This document shows positions 10,701 through 20,800 of a stretch of DNA of 64,000 bases, piece by piece. Under the pieces are notes generated by a model that was given only the letters and a program-made list of their open reading frames with translations, did not search any database and had not been told where the DNA came from. Both the position numbers and the translations under genes were made by a program. The DNA is from Catajapyx aquilonaris (lineage: Eukaryota). The DNA lies in NCBI GenBank assembly GCA_000934665.2, contig KZ538122.1:1-64000 (forward strand). The letters run 5' to 3'. Positions within the stretch are counted from its first letter, which is position 1. Every line of letters starts with the position of its first letter.

Positions 10701-13700
10701 TACTATGGAAAGCAAGCCTTGCATTACATGGATATTAAGAGAGATACTGCATTGGTGCAATTAGGTGAGTACACAAATATCTTCATACCAACCATTACCC
10801 AGAAACATTATCAAGAACAGCATGCCCTCAGGTGTCAAACTTGATTGCCGTGTCTGATTACAATCCAGTGTCACTCTGACCTGCTGCCTTTGTGTTTGGT
10901 GAGGAAGATATAAAGAAATAATGTTGTTTAGGACTGTTACCTGGAGAGAAAACAGTGGGACTTGGGGTATCTGAATGCTGCAGTGTTGTAGACTGCTGCC
11001 ATTTACCCTTTTATTTCCTAAGTTCAGTTCAGACCTAGTCAGGTGATAGTGAATTACTCATGTAAGCACAGTCTCAAGTCGATTATATCTGTCCTTTCTT
11101 CGGTTTTTTTGTGGCTCTCAAATTTCCTGCCATTTTCAGAATCTTGTCAACTACAAAGTGACAGAATACAATTGAGAAATTAAAACAGTTTGTCCTGAGA
11201 AGTTAGGGTTATTGGGGATGTCTATTGTTTTTAGAAATGTATGTAATCTGAATTAATTTCAGCCCAGGTAATTCCCCAAGTGTCAGAGGTTGAATAGTTT
11301 GACACCTTATTTTAGGTACTACGTGTGAAATAATTATCTGGTCATGATTTCTAGAGGTGGTTGTATTAAGGTTTTGGAGGTAATAAGAGTTGTTTTTTTC
11401 CACAGGGAAAGAAGGACCAATCTATTCAGTGGAGTGGAGTCCAAAGAGCACTGAATTCTGTGTGGTATATGGGTTTATACCAGCAAAGGCTACCCTCTAC
11501 AATCTCAAGTGCGAGACTGTGTTTGATTTTGGAACTGGTCCAAGGAATTCCATCTACTACAATGCTCATGGAAACAATATCCTTTTCTATCTTATGGGAT
11601 GTTTTCTGAAGTACAGGCACATTTTTTCTGCACGATTATTTTTATTTTTATTTATTTTGCACGTTAATGTTATAATGTTATATGCCTCTTGTAACTTCAC
11701 CATCAGGTTATCATTTGGCATGTCAAAATGCATTTTGTAGCATTCTATAATTTGCTAAGAAACACTAATGGTATTATCTCAAATTTAACAATGACAATTT
11801 AAAATGTAACAAGATGTAATAAGCCAAGACCCAAAGAAATGGGAACTTTAATAGATTTTCCATTAGGCATTTTAAGTTTAACTCACAAGGGAAGTGTCTG
11901 TAGGTCCATCGGCCAATCGGCCCGAAAATGACACTAGGGGTAAATCGCAGGCCAGAAATTCATTGGTGAAAGTAAAAAGTTGCATTAGCCAATCGTTTTC
12001 GAGATATGGGCGACTATAGGTGCCCGGCAAACCTGCTCGGTGACAATGGGGCGCATTCGGCAGAAGGAATTATAAACAGTCTTCGTGGCTCAGTCGGTAG
12101 CGCGTCCGCGTCATGATCCGAAGTCTCCGCGTTCAAGTCCGCGGGAAGCGACTTTTTTTTTCCCCCTCCCTCTCTCGTCTCGGAGCATCGTTTTCTTTTT
12201 CTTTCTTCCCCAACACCGTTTATCACCGCATATCTTCCCTTTTGCAATCAACAGGAATAAATAAACAGCTTGCTGGGAAGTGCATTACTTTTTTTTTACT
12301 GAGCTTGTGACTATTAATTTTTCCGGGGTCTGGTACGTAATACCGAAAGACATAACACAGACAGAATAAATTTCCGACAGCTTTATTACCGAACATATAC
12401 AGAGAACATATACCTTTCCACTTTGTTCCTGTCGGTATTTTATCCCGTTCCTATTTTTTCCGTAGGTATTAGACCCGGGACCAATTTTTCCGAATATGAA
12501 GCCATGGAGAGAGTAGGTAAGCATCGGCAGAAGAAGAAAAAAAAGTAATGCACTTCCCAGCAAGCTGTTTATTTATTCCTGTTGATTGCAAAAGGGAAGA
12601 TATGCGGTGATAAACGGTGTTGGGGAAGAAAGAAAAAGAAAATGATGCTCCGAGACGAGAGAGGGAGGGGGAAAAAAAAAGTCGCTTCCCGCGGACTTGA
12701 ACGCGGAGACTTCGGATCATGACGCGGACGCGCTACCGACTGAGCCACGAAGACTGTTTATAATTCCTTCTGCCGAATGCGCCCCATTGTCACCAAGCAG
12801 GTTTGCCGGGCACCTATAGTCGCCCATATCTCGAAAACGATTGGCTAATGCAACTTTTTACTTTCACCAATGAATTTCTGGCCTGCGATTTACCCCTAGT
12901 GTCATTTTCGGGCCGATTGGCCGATGGCCCTACAGACACTTCCCTTGTCAGTGATATTCTCATGAGTTGAAGCCAGGTGCCTCTCTGAGTATTCAGAAAA
13001 TGGCAGTAAGCCTGATACTTTCACTAATTTTTCGTGCTATGTTGTACACTGGTTGATTCCTTAACTTTTTCTTACTGATGATCCTGGGTGGGTTTGGCAA
13101 TCTTCAGGGTCAGATTGAGGTGTGGAACATGCGCAGCAAAAAGATGGTGACATCTCTGAAAGCGCCAGACACCACAGATCTAAAGTGGTCCCCTGATGGG
13201 GAGCACTTAATCACTGCCACCACAGCTCCTCGCCTACGCCAAGGCAATGGTTTCAAGATATACCATTACACAGGTGCACTGCTGTATGAGAGGCCTTGGA
13301 ACAAGATGGAGGAGCTGTGGGAGGTAGTCTGGCAAGGAGTGCCTCCAGGGACATACCAGGAAGCTCCTGTCACCTACAAATCAGTCGAGGGAATTCAATC
13401 AGCACAACCACAGGGTCAGTGTATTATACTGCTCAAGGTTGGTGTGTGACACTGTTGTAAGTGCCATACTACTGTGACCAGTAATGTGAATCTGAAAATC
13501 AGCCTACATGAGGCCTGCATGGAACAGCCCTTTACTCCCTTTGGCAGGGAACTTTGAGTTAGGGATGTTCAAGTTATGGAAGTTCCACTGCATTGATATA
13601 AAATGCTAAAAAATATACTCAGAAAGTTGCACGTATAATACTTATTGCTGAACATACATATTAGTTTAATAAATATAACTTGGATGTGTGATTCACAGCC

Positions 13701-14591
13701 TCGAAAGATGTATACCGGCCACCAGCTGCCAGAGGGAAAGAGTCCACTTTCAAGCTACATGATGACGATGAGTTGCCTTCCAATCAAAAGGGAGATGGTA
13801 AGGTTCATGCTGGTTTTAAGAGTACATCAGAAGCATGTGCTATTATTTACTGCAAGTGTGGGTGGCACTATTCAGAGAGAAGCATCCAACCATTTGCTGT
13901 ACCGTGTTAAAGCTGTGCTGAAACCTTGGAATTTTGTGTTCTTAATAACTACCCAGCAGTAATCTTATTTCCACTCACCTGTGAATCCAGTCCCTGCAGC
14001 TGAACATTTTCTGTATCAAAGATGATAATCTGAACAAGGATGTTAATGACACTTCTACTTCCAGCCAACCTTACCAAGACCGCAATGAAGAACAAAAAAT
14101 ACCGTGAGAAACAAAAAGCCAAGAAGGAGCAGGAGCAGGAATCAAGTGAAATGAATGGAGAGGAACCATTGAAGGACCTAGCCTTGACTGGAGACCCAGA
14201 CCGGGACAAGAAGATCAAAAATATCAAAAAGGTATGTTGCATAGTAGGCTTTAAAAGGCAGTTCAGTACTGTAGACTCTAGATATAACACACTTCAAGGG
14301 ACCACAGAAATCAGTCTGCTATAAGCGAGGCCTGATATATCCCAATACACAGGCCACATGAAAGTATGGCAAGTCCAGCCTTTCAAGCCTGCCATAACAA
14401 AGAATCTGTTATAGCGGAGACTTTTATATCATGAGTCAACTGTACTAACAAATATCCACTTGCAGAAATTGGAACAAATCACCAAATTGAAGGAGCAACA
14501 ATCAAGTGGGAAGCACTTGGAATTGAACCAGTTGGAAAAGATCAAGAAGGAAGATGAATTACTGAAGGAACTCAGAGACTTAACAGTATGA
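7324..14591 (+). CDS. EIF2A: Eukaryotic translation initiation factor 2A (WD-repeat eIF2A)
   Basis: Exons 7324-7357, 8533-8677, 8743-8861, 8923-9022, 10346-10764, 11406-11576, 13076-13414, 13699-13797, 14065-14231, 14466-14591. Spliced protein reads MASNGGGPVVAVRGSTG...DKSGASYYGKQALH...FDFGTGPRN...GGFGNLQGQIEVW...TTAPRLRQGNG...LELNQLEKI, all diagnostic eIF2A motifs. Confidence 0.97.
12079..12152 (+). ncRNA. tRNA-Met(CAT)-derived pseudo-tRNA / Pol III cassette in the left arm of the foldback element
   Basis: GTCTTCGTGGCTCAGTCGGTAGCGCGTCCGCGTCATGATCCGAAGTCTCCGCGTTCAAGTCCGCGGGAAGCGAC followed by T9. A box TGGCTCAGTCGG, CAT at the anticodon position, B box GTTCAAGTCC in a CCGCG/CGCGG stem. Acceptor and anticodon stems are imperfect. 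Confidence 0.6.
12681..12754 (-). ncRNA. Second, inverted copy of the tRNA-Met-like Pol III cassette
   Basis: Exact reverse complement of 12079-12152, preceded on the + strand by an A run (oligo-T terminator on the - strand). Confidence 0.6.
14269..14442. mobile_element. Tigger/pogo-like MITE in the last eIF2A intron
   Basis: TA-flanked degenerate TIRs: CTGTAGACTCTAGATATA versus (reverse complement) CAGTTGACTCATGATATA. Internal CAAGGGACC and TATAAGCG / TTATAGCGG motifs typical of this MITE class. Confidence 0.65.
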
Positions 14592-15422
14592 TGGCAGCAC
14601 TGTTGACACACAAGATTTTTTCAAAAAGAAAAATTACATAATGACGCCAGAAGTGAGTCTTGGGGGTGGGATGGGGAGGCTGGAGGGATGGGACATGGGG
14701 TGTTGAAGCCTGTAAACATTGTCTATAACAGTTGAATATTGCGTCATTGAGTGTGTATTTATTTTCGGATCTGTGATTGGGTTATGAAAAATGTGACACA
14801 AATGTTTATGACAAAGTGGAAAGGACAACTGATGACTTCTTTTTTTTCTTTGCGGTCTTGCATACATAATGTATGCACAAATGTGACCCAAAAATATTGT
14901 TTTGGACAAGCTCAAAACAGTTTCAAAAGAGTATTATTGACCAGTGTAAATCATTGATTCGCTTTAAAAAAAAAGTGAGAGAAAAAGATTTCACGATTTA
15001 AGATTGAATCATTACATACTTACATATATTATACTTGTTACTCTTGTGTTTATTCACAACCTTCTTTTTTTGGCTAGTAGATAGCTGTTAGGTAGTAGCT
15101 ACTTATTCCTTCTGTCTTCATAACTGTGCATTTATTGTGCTTATTGTTAGTTAGATCAAAATTATATTTGCCGGTTTTTCTCTAAGTACTGAAGGTCACT
15201 TGGTTTCATGTTTTTGGCTTCCGTGTCCACAAAGCTTGTGCCTTTTTTGTTCTGAATTTTTTTGGGGAAAAATATAATAAGGTTGGAAAGTAGAGAAGAA
15301 AGATTCAAGAGTTATTTTAACAGGAGTGTCAAACAATAGTTAGTGTGTCGGTACAGTAGCATGTTTTTAGTGGGCGGGGTGAAAAGAAAAGAAGCAAGGT
15401 AGCTTTCAGTACAAAGTGTATT

Positions 15423-17361
15423 TTTATTAACAACCAGTGTGATCTCACAATTGTTGTCTCAGTTGCACTCACTTCAAAAGAATCAGATCTACTTTGGCAC
15501 CCTGGCGAAGCTTTGTTGCAAATTGCTTGTCATTGGGGATTTAGTAATGCTGAGTGTCGGAGTTGTCCACACTGTCCATCAGCACAACTGAAAATATATA
15601 TGTTATGATGAGTGCAGTATTTGCATGCCACTATTTTGTTTGCAATATCTTGTGTAACTATTAGATGGGAAGCAAAGAAAAAAACAGTTGAGATCAGCAT
15701 CTTGTTTAATTGCTATCTTTTAGGCTATTTTTCTACATTTAGCACTACATAATAACAGTCCCTGCAAAAGTTCTTGCTTTGGAAGTAAGGTCCCATTATG
15801 TTAACTGCAGGCTGTAACATTGCTTTGTAATCCCCCCTGCAGCACTACTGCTAGGCCCTTTGTCCCTCTCCCTGTGATCTCTTGATTTATTTTTTTATAT
15901 TTTATTATTTATTTTGTATTCTCGAAATTTCAAGGGGACTCCACAGGTAGGCATCCTGAATCAAAATGCATATAAGTGATTGTTACCAATTATAGCATAC
16001 TCTCTACCTGATGTGATGGAAATTCACCATAACTGAATTTGAGGAGCATGTAATCATGACACTTTAGAGCGAAAAACAATTGACAATATTTTGGTATTGG
16101 AAGCATTCGGTGCGCTTTAAATAGAAGTTACTCACCTGCATTGCACAGACTACGTGCATATACTTGTTTTGAGAATCTATGCATAGTTCATCATGCATTT
16201 ATGGGACCATAACCCAATGCTCCTAGAATCTTGTTCAGTTTTAAGTTACTTAGTTTTGAGTTATTAGCCACCCTCATGAGAAAGTAACCTTTCAGGGCAA
16301 TTTGCAAAAAATAATTTGTGACCAGGATTTGGCATGACTTGATTTTCAGGCGCTGCACACATGCAAACCTCTGTCTACAGTAATTCCTGATCCAGGCCTG
16401 AAGTTTAATTTAATGCAGCTTGTTTTGTGTCAAGTGAAAACTGATCATGGAGCAACAAAAATCTTAGCGTAATAAATTCTTGTCAGTTTTCATTGTCGGG
16501 CAATATTGAAGCAAATTGCACTTACTCCCTGCAACTCAGGCCACAGGTAGACGGACCTTGCCTCCTAAGGAAAAGTAAGTGTGAATGTGATATATCTGAT
16601 GGTTATACTCGTTATACTGTAGTATCCACTTCATTGCATAGCCCATTAGTCAGAAACTTGAATGTGATTATCCAGCTGAGTCCATACAGTAGTATGGGCT
16701 TGAGATTTGGCAATGATATGAAATACTTGGAGATGTGATATGGAGTGATATCTCATGCAGGTTTGTAACCTTTACAGCCTCCTCCCCACCCTCCTTGTCA
16801 TGCAGTTGTGCAAGGCCACACTTGCCTAACAAAAAGTAAGTGACTGTGTGTTGACGGTGTTCTCCCAACTTTAACTCTTTCCACACACACACACACAATG
16901 GGCTTTTCACTGAAATTGCTACTACATTTTCAGGTACCACGGCTCCATTGCAACATGCGAGTGTGGCATAGTTTACAGATCAGCTCTAATCCAAAGTGGA
17001 TCCCACTGCTTGCTTTTCCCAAGCTCTTTGTAACAAATAAATAATTGGAACTTCTCTAGCTCCCTTAGGAAAAAAGAGTGGCTGTGTGTATACTGTATAG
17101 GCCTTCAATAATGCAAGCAGTATAGTGCCCACTGAAAAAGTCATTGCACACAATTGTTGTAAAGTATCATTGCAACCATCTCAACCATAACGAGTTTATC
17201 ACACTGATACATGCTCTCGTAACCAGTGTACAGTTTGTGATGTAATAACGAGTAAACTCACGTCGTTTCTTTATTGATCCAACTTCAAGTGGCCAACACT
17301 TGTTAGTTTTGAAGGTTTGGAATTCCCCTCTCCTTCTTGACTGCACCAAGATGGCCGGCAT
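15423..17361 (-). pseudogene. Putative spliced, degenerate integrase-like (GIN1/Ginger-type) gene
   Basis: Chain of AG-GT bounded segments: 17361-17262, 17063-16938, 16825-16770, 16564-16526, 16397-16289, 16222-16136, 16061-16008 and 15587-~15470, then AATAAA at 15428-15423. Spliced peptide has LAQLHDKEGG..YLWPEL..WIRNYCRQRFACVQ (integrase Zn-binding-like) and RFSKQVYARSL (rve-like). In-frame stops are present and some donors are weak. Confidence 0.4.
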
Positions 17362-17429
17362 ATTAAATCATCTGAATCCGCCGAGATGACACATCCGGTT
17401 TAAATTTTAATCTAATGTAATTAGTAGGT

Positions 17430-17826
17430 GCTTTGCGATCGACCGGTATCACCCCCGGTGACCTGCCGGTGACGTCGGGGGCAATCGCCTCGGGTCTCCC
17501 CCCCTTCAGAAGTGAGAGAGCGCCTCGCATCGGTCCGAGAGAGAATCAGAGTCCAGGGGCCCTTGCCAGGGGAGGGGGCACCAGTTTTCGTCTCCCGCTC
17601 CGGCCTGTGGTGCCACCCGATCCGTTCCTCCCGATCGGAGCATCGAAGCGGGCGGACACCGGGGCGCCCCTCCCCACCCGCCACGGGCAGGGACGAGTCG
17701 GGCACCGGGTGTCGCGAGTTGGGTTGGGCCGAGGCCGGCACGCACCGACCGACCCCCCCGACCGAGCGGTGGTGGGTGTGGACCGACCCCACTGGGATGC
17801 TGAGATCCTCGCCGGGGAGAGGAGAG
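17430..17826 (+). promoter_or_regulatory. CpG island and probable 5'-UTR first exon of the FARP/Cdep gene; possibly a bidirectional promoter
   Basis: Very GC/CpG-rich patch ending in a strong donor GAG|GTGAGT at 17826/17827. The FARP ATG exon begins at an acceptor (TTTCAG|36066), so an upstream exon is required. Confidence 0.55.
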
Positions 17827-20800
17827 GTGAGTGACCCATCTCCAGACAGGGGTCAGAGGGTGGGTGGCTGGATGCTGGGCCCCCCTCTCGAGCTCCGTTT
17901 TTTTTTTAAAGGAGATGAGAGAGAGGGAGGCGCAAGTTAACGGGTTGTTATAAGGGCAGGAGGGGGGGGGAAATAACCTGCGGGGGTTCGACTCCCGTGA
18001 AAGGCACAGAGTGTGTCATTGCCAAGTTAGCGGTGTACGACTTTGTAGCGAAGGACGGCCACCAGGTACGGCCAGATTCATTCAAGGTTTTGCCTACAAG
18101 TTTGGGACACTTACTTGACTTGATATTTACGGAATTGTGCATGTTAGCGCCTTCTGTCTAAAATTGACATCCACATTTACACACTTTCAGTGTTTTAAAT
18201 GAGATGTAAATGTAGTGACGTCAGCTGAGCCCACCTATTTGTACGGCTGAACTGATGTCAGTTGATCTAAACTGTGTGTACTGTACAGCCTCTCTGAATT
18301 CTGTACCTGAAGTAGCCTTCAGTTACTGACTTTGAACAGTTATACATACCTGTTCACCTAGGGGGAAGTTGCAGTGTGGCAAAAGTACTGCACAAGATAC
18401 TGCCACATTTTTTCAGAATATGAGCAGCAGTCTAGACTCGAGAGCTTATACAGTAATTCAGAATTCAGCTACTCTTGGTAGAATGTATTCAAATATTTAA
18501 GTGTGTAGTTTTTGTGTACGGTCAATATTCAAAGTCTGAGTGACCTGAGAGTATTTCCTAGTGTTATGCAGGCTGGAAATGAATTTAATGAAAATGATTC
18601 ATTTTCTTAAGTGTTGCATGTGCAGAGTACATTAGGCTTTGCCAATGCAACCACGAGGGAACCTTCTAATGGCCATGGGAATTATCATGAGCAGGATGAA
18701 GGCGGTCCCTCACACAAGTATAAGTTGGACTAATAGTAGCTGCAATTTCTGCTCGGGATGTGTGTTCATCAAGCATGGCAGGTCGCACTCTAAAATTAGA
18801 GGGTGCAGTGGTAGATTGGAGTTTTCTAGATGCTGCATCTATGTTGACACTTTTATTCAGGTGGTGAGCCATGAAGCGTGAAGTATTTTGGCGAGATATT
18901 AGGAAAAGGTGAAGTGGAGAATCTGGAAGTGTTGCTTATTTGTCACTTTTGGTGGAGTCGGGCAGTGGTGTGTTGTTTACGTGCAGCTTGGCTGATGACA
19001 TGGAGTGATGCGCATTACAGTACTTATACCTTGGTAGAATGGTAGTGCCAGCTGGCACACTTGGGCAGTATGCATTTCTCCCTATTCCATACAGATGCAG
19101 ACTTCTATCAAGTGTTGCAGTTAGTTGGCGCAGTAATTACCAGTTTAAATAGTTTCAATAGGTGGCATCTTGAAGTGTCTTGGGGATATATTCTAACCAT
19201 TCAGCCAGGAAGTGGGCGAGGTAAGGGAATTCCAAGGTGTCTGGAGATTTCAGATTGTCTTTGACCTCTTTGGGTGCACCGTGACCCCATCTGGGATGGG
19301 GGAGGGAAATTGAAATGGAAGTAAAAATATCACTGGTCCAATCTCCATAAGTGCTTCACCTGAGTCTGTTTGCCTATATTTCAAACATACAATCCGTTGA
19401 CAGTTATTACATGTCAGTCGTTGTAAGCGCCAGTATAGTTACAATGACAGGCAGATTGTGTAACAAAATTCAAGCCACTTCTAGATAAAGAATTTTCCCA
19501 TCGTTATTTTAACCTCCAGCATAAGTGTACTGGTTTATAGGACACCTTTTATAGACGCTCGAAATTTGCTGAACATCCGTGACAGGAACATCGGAGGCAT
19601 CGTTGCTAGAAAAGGGGATCTTTATGATTGTTGGAGTAGATAAAACTGGAAAGAGAAAATAACATTCGATATACCCCCTTGATGGCCCGAATTTGAGCCC
19701 TTAACCCCCCTCCGCATCTGCCCTGCCAGTAGTTGCGCTCACGACACGTCCCCCATCCCCATGGTAACCATACAAAAATTCCCAGGATTTTTACGCCCTT
19801 ATCACACGTGTCTCCTTTAGCCGCATGTTGGTCGAGTCTCCGGTAACAAAATTTTCTGCTGGGTGGCAGGTGTCGTCGTTCCCAGGCTCTACATTAGTGC
19901 TGTACGTGGCAGTATGTCTGGATGGTTACATAACCGGAAGCACTCGAACCATACATTGTGCAGGTCATGCCTGTAGACGCAGATGTCACCTGCACCTATA
20001 CTCATAGTACATGGGTGATTACCCTCTTCGAAGACCTGAGGTAAGCAGGTGTAATTAATCAGATTTGAAGGGCTGTTTAATGCTGGGGAAGTGAGTGGGC
20101 AAAATAATGAGTTGTAGAGTGTGAGGAAAATCCTAGGCATGCCTCGACTTTCACGCCTCTCCATAATAGGCTAACTTAAATGCAATTTGCAGGATCAGAG
20201 TAATAATGCGGGGAGTCGGGCTCAGACTCCCGTGGATGGCTTATCAGATGGATAAAATCCGACCCACCCCCCACACCCACTGTGAAACTCAGGGGAAAAA
20301 AAAGTCCTCCTTGTTCCAGTGGATGTGAGGGGGCATGTCAGCAGGGGATTTGGGCTTGTACGTATGAATAGGATTGAAAAGGTGAGGCCCCCCCTGGAGT
20401 TGTGACCTACCGAGAATTAAGCTGTACTGTGTAAGTAACCTGGTCTGAGTAATAAAAGGATGACGTAGCCAGCGATGACAGTGCACTTTTGTTGTCCAAA
20501 TCTGTCCCGGCCACTCCAGTTTTAAACCGATTTTTTTTTGGAAGGACTGTTGGGACATAGCCAGGGCCATGCTCACTGTGAAATGAATTTTTGGCAATAC
20601 CTCCAAATGGTCAGGTGCGCTGTAATGATCTCTGGAAGCGGAGAGGTAGTTTGCGGCTGATGTTCAACAAATATCTTTCCTCCTGGCAGGTCAGCATCAC
20701 GGGATGACAGCCGAGGCGTTTGGGTTCAGTAACCGCTCAGGATCAACATTTCGGGCGATATTTTGAGAATTAGATGCTAATGCATGGTTTTCTCCAGCGG

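Larger units (their letters stand above)
11881..12952. mobile_element. Foldback/MITE-like element with ~415-bp near-perfect inverted arms
   Basis: Arm 11881-~12297 is the reverse complement of ~12537-12952, with about four substitutions seen by eye and a ~240-bp spacer. It is CpG-rich inside a CpG-poor gene. No transposase ORF and no clear target-site duplication, so the superfamily is not assigned. Confidence 0.85.
11577..13075 (+). other. U12-type (minor spliceosome) AT-AC intron of eIF2A
   Basis: 5' splice site ATATCCTTT at 11577, branch site TTCCTTAAC at 13057-13065, 3' AC at 13074-13075. Removal gives ...HGN-M-MILGGFGN, colinear with eIF2A orthologues (human HGHILVLAGFGN). Confidence 0.95.

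Noticed and set aside
11577..11740. Hydrophobic extension of eIF2A exon 6 in the ORF track
   Set aside because: Read-through into T-rich U12 intron sequence; not evidence of a membrane isoform.
12113..12720. Duplicated peptide MIRSLRVQVRGKRLFF... on opposite strands
   Set aside because: By-product of the inverted arms; it begins inside the tRNA-like cassette and shows no coding features.
15470..15540. SECIS-like ATGA...AA...TGAT pattern on the minus strand
   Set aside because: The stem above the quartet does not pair convincingly, and the upstream frame is interrupted by TAA/TAG as well as TGA.
17421..17940. Several 80-140 aa ORFs in the CpG island
   Set aside because: Stop-poor GC-rich DNA with Arg/Gly/Pro composition and no family similarity.
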